In this document: one piece after another, positions 39,500 to 53,700 of the stretch
How the letters are laid out: every line of letters begins with the position of its first letter
Position numbering within the stretch: position 1 is the first letter of the stretch
Assembly (NCBI GenBank): GCA_964016885.1
Contig: OZ024742.1
Span: forward strand, 50,158,001 to 50,222,000
DNA length: 64,000 nt
From: Eledone cirrhosa
Taxonomy: Eukaryota
Reading direction: 5' to 3'
Program-made: the position numbers and the translations under genes
The notes under the pieces: generated by a model
Told to the model about the DNA's origin: nothing
The model's database searches: none
Seen by the model: only the letters and a program-made list of their open reading frames with translations

Positions 39500-40597
39500 A
39501 TAAGGTTGTCTATTGATGCATTGGTTAATATGCGATTGTTCAGATTCCTATATATACTGTTTAGAAACAAGGAAAAAAGCCATTGCATAATCATGTTCAT
39601 TGGGATACTTCAGTATTTCGGAAGCAGATCTATGAGATTCTGTTTGACAATCAGGGTAAAGATGGAAGAACATTATGAACTCGGCATAGGCTTCTCGGGG
39701 ATAACCGTGGGAAAGCAATACAGTGAGTAAATCTTGAACAATCTCCTCTCTTTTTTCATCATCATTAATAGCTGAGCTGTATGATGAACCCCCAAGAGTT
39801 ACTTTCTCTGTCATCTTCTTGACTTCTTCATCGTCCATTCTCTTTCTCATTTTCATATTGTGAATGTTCTTTACCTTATTCAGAGTGGCTCTCACATGTT
39901 CGCCATCATTAGCAGCTATGAATGAAGATATCCAATCTTCTCGCTGAGTCTCAAAGGAAACTTTGACTTCAGAGGCTGTGAAGAGTACCAAGATATTTTG
40001 ACATGATATCAGGACCATTCGCTGCCTTTAAAATGCAACTACAGAAACGTTGAAATAATCAATGGGGATGTCTGCCTCCTTGATAATGAAAATGTATTGA
40101 GTTTACAAACATGAATCTGTGTGATAACTTCATTGTCTGTGCAGTCTATTTCTGTCTTCCACCTTTACCCTCTCCGGGAGTGTTGCGTTAGTGCCATCAT
40201 ATCATTTAACATTTGATTCAATAGAACTGGGCGCTAGAATAGAATTTATAACAGAAGCTTGGAGTGATTTCTTGATTATCTCATGTTTTCTATGGCTGGG
40301 GGAAATATTGCAACAATGAACAGTGACTTCTGTCATTGCCTTCTAGTTCTCTGCTAACTAGAGAGGATACACCTCTAAGATGTTGCAATGCGCATAAAGC
40401 AAAATAACGGTTTGTTGACAGAACTACACACAAAACTATGGTTTGTTGATACAACTGCACAGAAAAATTAGAAGCTATTTTTCTCTATCTTAGTGTAGCT
40501 TCTCACCTTGTTATGTCTGGCTTCGGTGACCCTATCGAAATTTGAGTTCTCTCCAGCATAGCTCTCCGGATAGCTGAATTATGCAAGCTAGTCCATC
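39500..40597 (-). pseudogene. Two-exon unprocessed pseudogene with a possible C-terminal CARD/death-fold domain
   Basis: The frame of ORF 39548..40018 continues upstream to 40336 through four stops. Upstream exon ends AAG|GTGAGA at ~40508. C-terminus AINDDEKREEIVQDLLTVLLSHGYPREAYAEFIMFFHLYP resembles CARD helices 4-6. Confidence 0.45.
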
Positions 40598-41390
40598 AGC
40601 GACAAAAGAGAAACACGTTTAAACATTTTAAAATGTTTAAAAGTTATAAATATATAAAAGTTTTAAAAGTAATGATAAAACGTTACAACATTGTTTCTAC
40701 GTGTGGCACAAGGCCAGAAATACCCAGTGCATTACTGGTACTTTCTGTTAATATTTATAAAATTCCAAACGTTATAACAAAAAGAACACATATACGAACA
40801 GAGTAAAACATACACCCTTACGCACCTACAACACAAACACATATGTACATTCTATGGGATGGCGGTTGACACTCCGGAGTCCATCCGCCCTTTGTCGAGT
40901 TTTGTTTTTCATCCCAAAATAACTCTGCTCACCAAGCATGCTCACTGGAGTTACCGGTATAGTCACGGATATCCTAAACATGTAACAGGATTAACTGGAT
41001 GGCTAATGAAAGCAACGTCACACACATATGTACATGTACATAATTATGTATGTATAATGTATGTATAAATATATGCATATATACATATGTACATACATAT
41101 GAGTGTGTATGTCATTCCTTTAATCAGTTGGTTATTAAGCACGATAAATGCCTTAGTGATTCGACAATTAATTGATATTGTCAGTGTCCTTTCTTTCAGA
41201 GGCTGGTTATAGCTTTTCAGCAGACCCAAAATAAATTCTAGCCTTTAAAGTGCATGTATTCTCTTATTTAATTGAAATGTGTCAGTCCACGCTATTTCAT
41301 ATGTAAGGCACTAACATGTATATATTCAGAAGGCTCTGTCCGAGGAGTTTCCGCTATGCATTACATACAAACATACGTACACACACACAG

Positions 41391-41428
<38 letters not shown>

Positions 41429-41430
<2 letters not shown>

Positions 41431-41623
41431 CGAAGGAAATGTGGTAAGGAACCAGGTGGACCATAACGCACCAAAGTACTCAATACTTAGGGTAGTAGAG
41501 TGGGTAATAGGAACAAGTAAGACCCCGACGGCTGAGCTCAAGCCGTTTCGACGGCTAATTCTGGACTAAGTCAGAATTAGCCGTCGAAACGGCTTGAGCT
41601 CAGCCGTCGGGGTCTTACTTGTT

Positions 41624-41626
<3 letters not shown>
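41429..41626. mobile_element. Miniature family B PLE fold-back (58-bp arms + 80-nt tail)
   Basis: 41429-41567 matches 8451-8589; 41569-41626 matches 10755-10813; both ends in (TA)n. Confidence 0.92.
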
Positions 41627-41680
<54 letters not shown>

Positions 41681-41689
41681 ATATACGTA

Positions 41690-42093
41690 TAAATGAATGA
41701 ATAAATGTGTACAAATATATATATATATATATATGACAAAAAAATAAACATATAAATGAGTAAATAGGAACACACACACACACACGCACGGGTATAACAT
41801 GGGCTAACCAAGTACATAACGCTCAGCACATAAAAACAAAATGTTGTAGGACAGAACAAAGGAGAAACACAAAATAACAAATCATTCCCTGTGATGGTCA
41901 CAAAACGTATGTCGAAACAGCTTTGACAATAAATAAACCAACATCAGGTTATTGAACCAGCCAACCTGAAATTTGAAGAGAAACCCAATGGTGCGTCCGT
42001 CTTAAGTGAAGCCTGACTCGCCTAAATTATAACAAATCTGTTTCAACAGACGTTTTCAGATAGGAAATATTGCAAAACACATTCAAAAAGAAA

Positions 42094-42096
<3 letters not shown>
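41690..42096 (+). mobile_element. Older Neptune-type pLTR with degenerate HHR (41889-41928) and tail
   Basis: Collinear with 48480-48998 (ggtcaca..gtcGAAAcagcTTtgaca; tttcaac..gttttcagata..ttgc.aaaca.attca.aaa). Confidence 0.65.
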
Positions 42097-42131
<35 letters not shown>

Positions 42132-42717
42132 GGGGGGGTATGAGTGTGGATGTTGAATTGCATGTACAATTAATCCACCCATCTTCCGTCCAGTTTCCAT
42201 CAACTTTATTTTCATTACAATTCATGGATTAGCCTGGTGATATGGTCAAATATACTCACCCAAGAGGCGACTCAGTAGGATGAACCCAGCAACTTGTGAT
42301 TGTAAAGTAACTTGCCAAACCATTCTCCCATGCTGTATCTACACTCATCCATAGAGCACCCCATGCGACTTCACTCCAAACCACATTTCACTCACAAGAT
42401 TACTTCAATTATCTTCTGTTTAAATAGATCAGAATGAATTATTATCACATGTAGTGTTAACATCATCTCATGACGTCCTAGATCATTACCCGCATGGATA
42501 CGACGTTTACTAAAAGGTCATAAACACAACAAAAACTCCCAAGAGATATTCACATTGACAGAAGTTATATATTTTTTCGATACTATTCTTCTTCTTCGAA
42601 AATAGCAACTGCAAGTAACAGCTTTCTGTAAACGATATTATACAAATATTCTCGGTCACGTTATTATTCAGAAGGGAGTTTCTTCGCTTAAGACTTCATC
42701 CCCATCTCTTTCTCTTC

Positions 42718-43650
<933 letters not shown>

Positions 43651-44856
43651 CTACGCGTGTGTCTGTATATGTTTGTAAATTAGCTGAGGTATGTCGTCTA
43701 GAGTGTTTCAGGTTGGTATATTTAGCAGAGTTAAACAGAGACTTACACGTCATCAGCACTGATAATTAGTCTCGTTAACTTTTCTTGCAGAAATAGAATG
43801 CGTAAAAAAAAATGCAACAGCTGCTGATCATCACCACAGTCACTACCACCGCCACTACTACCATTATCATCATGATGATCATCATGATCATCACGATCAT
43901 CATCATCATCATCATTATCACATTCAATGTCATCAATTCGTCCTCACACCACCATTATTGATATCATCATTATCATCGCATTAATCACCATCGTTTCCAT
44001 CATCACTGTGATAATCATAAGCATTATACTTTTTCGAAGCAAAATTAATCCACATTCGCCCCAATGGTATCAGCCATATGAGGACAGAACCTCTGCTGCA
44101 CGAGTGACTGTTATCCACCATCTCCTTCTTCACCTCGACATCCACCATCTCCACATCCTCATCACCCTTTGTTGTCTTCACTCGCCTCTTTCACTCAATT
44201 AATATAACGTTACACATTTAATCTTCTTCAGAATTTCTCTTTAATTTTGCTTCAAACGTGTACCATATTACCATTAACAAAATAATGATTATTATCATCA
44301 GGGTGGTGGATTGGCAGTATCAGCAGAGCATCGGATACCATGATTCGCGGCATAAAATTATGGCCCTTTACGTGAGTTCAAATCCCGCCGAATTTAGCCT
44401 TGCCTTTCATCCTTGCTGGCCTTGTGCCTAAAGTAGAAACAATTATTATTGCAGTTAACATTACTCTTTTCATCAGGAATAAAACTAGTCAGCTTATGAT
44501 GTGTTTTTAATACCGAATTAAAATGCCTTTAATTTACCCCTCCATTTTCTTATGCGCGTTGTTTCCTTAAGCAAGACACATAAGTTCATGTTCTTCCAGT
44601 CTACTCAGCCGGCAAAAATTAGTTGCACCTATAATCGTAAGGCCAGACTTGTCACACTCTGTGTCACGCTGAAGCTTTGTGAGAACCATATAAAGGGTCC
44701 GAGTATTAGTGGAATGCTCAGCCACTTTCCCGTTAATTTCACGACAACATGTTCCTTTGATCGGATCAACTAGTACACAAGTCATTGTATCTGACGCAGT
44801 GCCAGTTACCTTTTCTGATATGACAGTTATTTTCTATTTTAAATATATCTATATGT

Positions 44857-44990
44857 AGGTGGTAAATTGGCAGATTGTTTAAAAGTCGTGTAGAATGTTT
44901 TGTGGCACTCATTCTGAATCTTTGCGCACCGAGTTCAAATACCGCCGAGGTCAACTTTGCCTTTCATCATTTCAAGGTCGATAAATAAAT
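44857..44990 (+). mobile_element. tRNA-derived SINE 5' part. Same family at ~23050-23245, 23855-24065, 39205-39300 and 44300-44445.
   Basis: gagttcaaat B box followed by ccgccgaggtcaactttgcctttcatc..ggtcgataaa domain. Confidence 0.7.
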
Positions 44991-45079
44991 GACACAGTCC
45001 AACAAATCGTCTTTCATATATATTTCTTACTTTCTTCCTCTCTCTCTTCTTTTCCTCTTGAACAAATTGTCTGTGTTCA

Positions 45080-45760
45080 GACATGGAGAGGCGATGGACA
45101 CTTCAGGAATTATGGATACATGTATTGTGTTTCAAATAAAATTACATACATTTTTTTTTTACTTACTGAAACACACTATATATAGTAGGACCTTAATTAT
45201 AATCGATTTTTTTAATAATAGATTGAAATAAAAACATATGTAATTGAACAATTCATTATACAAAAGCCCTTAAATGTGTTGAATATGGTATTACCACATA
45301 AAGACGGCTTGCTCGTTGCGAAACAGCATCCAACAATAAGAAGCTACATGATTCTAGATCACCTTTATGTAGTGTTCTTTGATGTCATCACAATAACAAA
45401 GTTACCAACCATCGTAAATCTAGCTGCCGAAGAAAAAATGTCACTTTTGATAGCAACCAATTGCAGATAATATTTAAAAAAATTATATTCCTTCACTCCT
45501 AAAGTAAGTATATGTGTCCCCTCTGTTGGCACACTTAAGTATCTAATAGGCTCGTTCAAACACATTTGTGTATATGACACCAATTTGATTTCAGGTAAAA
45601 ATTCGGGATCACTGAACAGCTCATTATTCCCAAAGATTGCTGCTTTTCAACGGTTCATTCAATTCCCTATTGGAGTCAGTCCAACCACCATTTAGACGAA
45701 ATAGTATGCCTTGTTTCATTATGCTGGAATTCTCTATGTATTGAACATTTTGTTAATTTT
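45080..45760 (-). mobile_element. Possible pogo-like DDE transposase remnant
   Basis: Minus strand GGWTDS ... IRYLSVPTEGTHILTLGV..FFK loosely resembles SGW.D ... LP.H.TH.LQPLD..F. Confidence 0.3.
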
Positions 45761-47438
45761 TGTTAATTTTTGCAGAAAGCTCCAATCTGTGTATTAACTA
45801 CACAAAAATAGTGTTTAGTATAATGATCTCATTAACCTCTTAAAAGCATAGATATATCAAATACAGGCAGTTTGAAAACAGTATCAGAAATGATTAATGT
45901 CCCTCTAAAAATTACCTCCGATGCAAATTCGTTGTATAATTGCGACATTTAGATAACATTATCCATCATAACAATAACTATTATTGTGGTCTTTGTTGCG
46001 ATGTTTATGACGATCGGAATGGTCATGATGATAATATTTATTTGAAGGAAGGTGTTTAAAATGATGACTCAGGTTTATGAGGTGGATAATGAGGAAGTAG
46101 AGAAGGATGATAAAGCGGAGGAGGAATGTTGTAGACAATTATGAGGATGAGTATAATGATTTAAACAATCATTATAATCATCATTATCATTATCGTTGCA
46201 ATCATCATGAGTGCAATTAACATAGAGCAAACAACATTTATCGACAGATGGATTACAGCAGCATCGTTAGCCTCATCATTATTTTTATCTCTGTACTATT
46301 GTTGTTGTTTTTGTTGTTGTTGGTGTAGTTGTTAATCTTGTTCTTCTTTTTTTCATTTTCTTTCGATGATAATGATATAGAGAAATATTTATATGTCGAC
46401 AGGGATTATACGAATACAGTTTTACTTCTTCTTCTTCTTTTAAAATATTTTTCTCTTCCTAACTACTTTCGTAAATTCATAAAAGCAGGTTTTCGTGGGC
46501 TCTATCAATATGGGCTATTGTATTTCAATAAAGCCGGATTTTGAAAGAAGATGTCTTCTTACCAGTGAAAAAATATCGAAACGATCTCCCATTTTCTCTG
46601 AGAGCCAGCAAACCTCTGACTCTTTCTTCAACATAGATGGGTAATTCAATCAATTTGGAATATGATACGTACGTCATTCAATGTACCCTAAATTATTGAT
46701 CAGATATTTATTCAACAAATCTGTTTGTATCTTCTCCAGAATTATACTAATAATGGTTTCTAATTAAAGTGAAAGGCCAACAACGTATGTTGGGGAGACA
46801 ATTGACCGCAGTACTTCATTGGTTCTTTATTTTATCGATTCCAGAGGGATATAAGTTGTTATTGGAGGGATTTGCACTCCAAACATCAATGACCGAAACC
46901 ACATTCTACAAGGTGATTTTCACAGTGCTCTGGCGATTCCACCAACCCAACACATTCTCAATAATTGAATCATTGGTTTAATAATTTCTGGCAATCCGCC
47001 AGCCCTCGGGATTTTAAGAATATTAAGAGGCCCATTTAGCGTAGATCCAGACCAAGATTTAACCCCAGCATGGAACTCTACAATATCTACATAATGGACC
47101 ACTATGCTGGGCGAGAGAGTGACGGAAATTATACAAATAATGAAAAGGACAGACCTTCAATCCTTACCTTAATACATACAAACATATAAAGAAAGTTTAA
47201 TACAAACTACGTTAATAATATCAAACAAAAACATTATTACATGCATCATTTCATAAGTGTATACATACATATTTATATCAAGGCGTCTAAGGACACGTAT
47301 TTCAATCATACATACCTAGTGCATACAGAAAAAATATTATAAATGTGTAGAAACATATATGATTTCGAATATCAATCTATCCATCCATCCCATGCATACA
47401 TATAAACGTACACACATGCGTACGCACACGCGTACAAA

Positions 47439-47469
<31 letters not shown>

Positions 47470-47479
47470 TAAATCGATC

Positions 47480-47687
47480 GACTTTCGTCAAATCGGACCG
47501 AGGAAACAATGTTTCCATCGGTCTTTCCAGTTGCTAATACTATCTATCGGTCGCAACTCCAGGTAGAAGGAGCAACGTGAAATAAAATGTCTTGCTCAAG
47601 GACATAACGCATCGACCGGTCCAGGACTCGAACGCACAACCTCAAGATTGTGAATCCAATTCTCTAACCACTCAGCCACACGCCTTC
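47480..47687 (-). mobile_element. tRNA-derived SINE
   Basis: Minus strand gaaggcgtgtggctgagtggttagagaatt..gttcgagtcc..gttatgtccttgagcaagaca. Confidence 0.78.
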
Positions 47688-47706
47688 ACACACACGCACA
47701 CACACG

Positions 47707-47803
<97 letters not shown>

Positions 47804-48485
47804 CTTTCTATTCTATTCCAATATTGGAATAGAATAGAAAGAACTAGGAACAAGGCCAATAGAATAGACTCATGGTATGATAGCAATAAATACCAGAGTG
47901 TAATGTTCATAGATACAACCCCTAGAGGCGAACTAGCCTACACATTTAGAAGGGCCCTAAATAAACATAAACTCAATATTAAGATAGTAGAAAGACCAGG
48001 TACCTCCGTAAAAACACTTATTAGCAAGACATACCCGTTCCAAAGACCCTCATGTATAGATAAGAAATGTATAACCTGTAAAATAAGCCCCCATATTAAC
48101 TGTAAAACTAGAAATGTAGTGTATAGCATAAGATGTACTGAAGGACAATGTAGAAACAAAAATATAGTGTACATAGGTGAGACAGCTCGTAGTATAGGGG
48201 AACGAATAAATGAACACCGGCGAGACCTTCAAGATAATAAAGAATCATCTGTGCTCTACCAACATGCTAAGATAGAACACAGGGGTAGATTAGAGAACAT
48301 AGAAATAAAAATAGAATCCACACACAGAAAAGATGCAATGTTTAGGCAAATTACAGAGGCAGTAAGCATAAAAGAATTACAACCAAAATTAAATAGAAAA
48401 TATGAGTGGAACAGCAACATCACAACTTACAATTAAGGACAAAATGAAAACACACACACACATAGAACAAACAACCAACCAACAA

Positions 48486-48516
<31 letters not shown>

Positions 48517-48656
48517 ACAAATAGATAAATGAACACAAACACACACAGACTCCCGGATGTGGCGCATGCGCAAACTGAGCACACAACACACACACAGAAA
48601 CAAAATGGCGTAGGATAGAAGAAAGGAAAGGCACAGAAACAAAGAAAGGAATCTCC

Positions 48657-48701
48657 AGTCACTGAAGAGGTCACAGAGTGTGTGACGAAAGGACTATGAC
48701 T
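48657..48701 (+). ncRNA. Minimal type I hammerhead ribozyme (Neptune pLTR)
   Basis: AGTCA-CTGAAGA-g-GTCACA-gagtg-TGTGAC-GAAA-ggac-TA-TGACT. Confidence 0.85.
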
Positions 48702-48796
48702 ATATATAAACAACTATCTGGTTGTGGAACCAACCAACAAACCAGAAATTTATAAGTTTGTAGATTTGTAAATTTATAAATTTATAAATATATATA

Positions 48797-48858
48797 AAGG
48801 GCGGTGCCCCAGCATGGCCTCAGCCGGATGGCTGAAACAGGTAAAAGAGTAAAAGAGT
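48797..48858 (+). mobile_element. SINE 3'-end fragment inserted in the Neptune pLTR
   Basis: ggcggtgccccagcatggcc..ggctgaaacaggtaaaagagtaaaagag is absent from the pLTR copy at 8200-8230 and resembles the 3' end of common Octopus SINEs. Confidence 0.65.
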
Positions 48859-49006
48859 ATATAATAAATTGAAGTGAAAGCAACTGGTGCCTGTGTTTCT
48901 TATTGGCAACATGACCCTCCCAAAGTATAACAATATCGGTCGGTTTCAACACACGATTTCAGATAAAGAATCTTGCTAAACAAATTCAGAAACGAAATAT
49001 ATATAT

Positions 49007-49192
49007 AGTAATAATAATAAACGTGAAGACTAAAATCCAAAGAGGGCTCGATAAGGATAAATATATGTAAAATATATAAGAACCCTAGAGCAAATATTTA
49101 TTAAAATAACAGATTAAAGTTGAAGCAAAGAATCGCTGCTTTCACCCTTAACGGGATCTTCTGTACTTAAACCTTAATCTGTTATTTTAATA
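49007..49192. mobile_element. Miniature family C PLE fold-back (tail + HHR 3' part on minus; 27-nt short arm on plus)
   Basis: 49007-49163 matches 18962-19119; 49166-49192 is the reverse complement of 49099-49125. Confidence 0.85.
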
Positions 49193-49621
49193 TATATATA
49201 TACATACATATACACACACACATGTAAACATACGTAGAAAAACATATGTGCACACATGTTTTCGAACATACATAGATTCGCATTTTGGACTACGTTCGGT
49301 CACATGTCACACATACATGGACAACAATAATGAAGTATTATACCCGTGTTTCTCAACACAAATCTTTCGCCGCATACCAAACACCCTTCACACACAAATT
49401 CTATCTATTCTCTACATTTAATTTATTCCTCAATATCATTTCTGCATTTCTTGTCATTTTCATACCATCATACACACACACGCACACGCACGCTCAAACA
49501 CGCATGTATACACACATACGTACGCGCAAAGGAAAATACATCTGCACATACACGAACTCACATACTTTCATTTTCTACGATCTTGCTATTACATTTCGTT
49601 CAAATCTTGGGTCGTGATAAT

Positions 49622-49666
<45 letters not shown>

Positions 49667-49677
49667 CACATATATAC

Positions 49678-49736
<59 letters not shown>

Positions 49737-49771
49737 AATACATACATATATATACATAAATACACACACAC

Positions 49772-49805
<34 letters not shown>

Positions 49806-49824
49806 ATTTATGTATATATATGTA

Positions 49825-49877
<53 letters not shown>

Positions 49878-49906
49878 GCCTATATATATATATACATGAC
49901 TATATA

Positions 49907-49986
<80 letters not shown>

Positions 49987-50173
49987 TTGCAAATAGTATA
50001 AGAAAAATAAAATCAACTGTAACAATGCATAAGCAAGAAAAACATAAAATAAATGTAAAATAGCATATACACAATACAAAAATGTAGTAATAACAACAAA
50101 AACGAGAACAATAGCAACTTGTAATTACCATAATAGTATCATTAGAAACTGCAAAAGCAATAATCCACCATCT

Positions 50174-50236
<63 letters not shown>

Positions 50237-53200
50237 ATACTAATACTGCTACTACTGCAACTGCTGCTACAACTACTCCTCCATCTAATACTACCACTAC
50301 CCACAATAACAACAACGGAACTTATAACTATGACAACGCAAAGTAACAGTAAATGAATCAAGAATGGTGCACTGTCATATACAAAGACACATACGCACAA
50401 ATATTCAAACATATCTACACAAACATATGTATACACATTTACACACAAGCATAGAAAGAGAAGCATAAAACATATAGATGAAATAAAAGGAAGAGGAAAT
50501 AAGTATGGAAAATATAGAGAGTAAAATTATAATATACAAAGAAAAACACGCTTGTATAATTTCAAGAAGAAATAATTGAAACAACAAATGCAGCAACAGA
50601 CAGCAGCAAGAATAACAACGACAACAACAAAACATACGACAGTACAAATAATAAGAGCATAAATGGCAAAAAGAGATTCGTAAGTATAACAAAGAGAGAA
50701 CAACAAAAATGAGAGCGATGGACAACAAAGAGGTATGACAACAAACAAGAACAAATACAAGAACATTAAGAAACACACCACAACTTCGTTCAATGGTAAA
50801 TACAACAGATTAGGATGAAACAACACAAAAACAGCAGCACAAATAATAATGTTATCATGAACATGAAAAAATGAGTATGAACAGCAAAAACTCGACGTTA
50901 AGTATGGCGACGAAACATGGAAACTACAATAATAACAACATTGAAACCGTTACAGAAAAGACAACAGTAACAGTAATTATAACAACAGCTATTACACAAA
51001 CAGTAACAATGACAACGATAGAACTGCAGTAAAAACACCACAAACAGCAACAACAACGTTATCAACAGCAAAAACAGCAACATAAACAACAGTAACAGCA
51101 ACAATAACAGCAGCACAAATAACGACGACTATGTTGGTGGGTAAAGAAATATAACTGATTCTATCAACACGTCAGTTTCTCTTTGGGTGAAAATTAAGAG
51201 AAAATTAACTGTGTTGGTAATTTGATCTCAAGAAGTTGACGAACATGACTTGGAATTGAAGAAAATGTAAATGAAAATTTATTCTGTCTGAAAATCGAAC
51301 CCTCTAGGAGACTGATTTCTGTTAGGCCTGTCATCACTGGGTCTAGCTTTGTCAGTACCAATTAGTTTGTAAACAATATCCTGCAAACAAAGTCGCCTTC
51401 AGGTTCATACTAGACTTCTTAAAAAATCACTGTAAATTCCAGCTGAAATCCGAATTTATGATCTAAACAATAAGGCAAATACTACACAAAACAATATAGG
51501 AGGCGAAATGCCAGAGTCGTTTGAGGTCAATTTTGATATTTTTTCTTTCATTTTCAATAATCCCAGTCCAATACTGGGGTCGATTCTTTTTCCATATCTC
51601 CTTCTCACTTCAGCACTATCTCTCTCTCTTCTTGATGGAAGCGAATGTGTTTAAAGCGAGATAGGTTTAAAATGTTCAAAACATGCTGAGTTTCACAACC
51701 GTGTCTATACGACTCGATATATACATATGAAGTCCAAGAAAAAAAAACAGAAAGAGTATAACTTCACAACAGGAATGTTTCACCTTATTTCTGTTATCAT
51801 TAAGTTAACGTGGCGTCGAAACAACATTGACCAAAATATCACTACAAATGTCGAAAACAAAAACAATACCAACATTGATAAATCCAAGACAACAACATTA
51901 GCCGTTGCTACTGTGGAAACAAAATAATACATTGCCAGAATGATGACAGAAAGTAAGACGAGCAGCAAACTATTAAGCCACAGAGAAAACAGCACGAGAA
52001 AAGAAAGAAAAGCATTAAATAAAAGCAATAAAAACTTCAATAATAATGTTAATGATAGGAAGAAGAACAAGAACAGCAATAAATACCAACAGAAAAACAA
52101 CTTACCACCACCACCACTATCACCAACAACAACGACGATAAAAAAAAAAATAAAAAAAATAAAAATGTTATAGTATGTTCAAAAGTAATAACTAGTTCTT
52201 TGCTAAATATGCTTTGTCAAAGTTGTCTATAAAATTGTAAGTCGTTGGTTCTTAAAATAGCAAAATATGTTTCGTTGCTAGCATTTCTCTAGAAGAACAT
52301 ATCGTATATATCTTCATACACACCACTGTACAAATGATATTAGTAGTAACACTAACGTAGCGTTGTTTCTAATAGAGGTGTCTATGAAGCATATACAATA
52401 CATAAACTTTTGTCCTCATATACATCTCTATTTTACATCATATTATTATGTATGCTTTATATTATATTTTACTGACCTCGAAATAAATTGACTCAAGTAT
52501 ACATTTATGATGTTATAATGTTGCATATGATTTAACTATATAGCTATTCTAACGTGTAATCACAGTATTTAGCATCACATAACATCATTACATTTATATT
52601 AAATACTGGCAGATTAGTGAATAGCAGAATATTTAGAAATAAAATATTTAAGAGAAAATATATAATATTAAAGATTCATCATCAAAGTTTCTATATGCGT
52701 AAACGTAAAGAATCCACAAAACAAACATAGATATACACACATAAACATAAACACGCAAAAACATAAACACACAAAAAAACACTCACTGTTTCTTGAAGAT
52801 ATTGTTGTTATTGATGATAGAATCACAATGCTATACGAAAGAAGACAAAACAATGCGAAGCAAGACTTCCAGCGTTTTTCGACCCCTGTCCACATCCTTA
52901 CTAACTGCTATCACAGGAGAGTTGACTGCGCTCATGTGCGAGCTCCACTAGGTGGAGTGGCTGTTCCAATTCGTCTCCCTCACCATTACCCGGGAAAATA
53001 TATTCTGCAGCCTGCCAGACAGGATCAAGAGGCGCAGCAGAAGTTAGTTAGTGATTGAGGATACTGGTGTTTCGGACGACACACATATATACACATACAC
53101 AAAATAAATAAAAAGAAAGGTACCGTCAATACAAAATAGTAATTTATTTGAACTTCAAAAAATTACTGCATAGGAACTGCAGACAACATAAGGCATGACA

Positions 53201-53349
53201 GAAGGTACAGTGGAATGCACAAATCATTTTAGTCATGATGTGTGCAATACAAAAATACTTGTGATAGGAATGTGTTTAAGATGAGTTGTGAAGATTCAAT
53301 AAGTAGAATGGTAATAATTCTTGTAATTAAAATTTGATAAATGGAATGT

Positions 53350-53700
53350 TGTTATAGTTTTAAGACATATAAATGAATAGAACTGTGTATTTTGTGAAAA
53401 AGACGTCTAATGAACACCTCCCTGCTCTCGGCAGAGGGAAATGCGAATGCGTTGCCTCGAAATAGGACGAAAGAAATGCGCTTAAAAGCGAAGTCCAATT
53501 TTCGGGTCTCGCTTTTCAGGATCGCCATCTCCATTGCGATCGAAGAGAGTATATAGCGGGTTAGGTGACACATATTACAAGGATTTCCTCCGGTATGTCT
53601 TGAAGGAGAAAGCCATCAGTGTCGATCCAATTACAGGTAAAGAATGTATCCATTTATGCTGGAAAGTTTTGGTAGGATTCGAAAAAAGGAAGGCCAGCCG
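53350..53700 (-). mobile_element. Old CRE-like LINE 3' remnant
   Basis: IAME..LDFAFKRISFVLFRGNAFA parallels AVET..FQRVSLAVLQGKAFS at ~18050. Confidence 0.55.

Larger units (their letters stand above)
47799..48998 (+). mobile_element. Neptune-type PLE, 5'-truncated: GIY-YIG ORF 47822-48436 + pLTR + tail
   Basis: WYD..VMFIDTTPRGELA, C..C..C..C Zn motif, NVVYSIRC..C..YIGETARSIGERINEH, RQITEAV..LNRKYEW; HHR in pLTR; (TA)n flanks. Confidence 0.9.
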
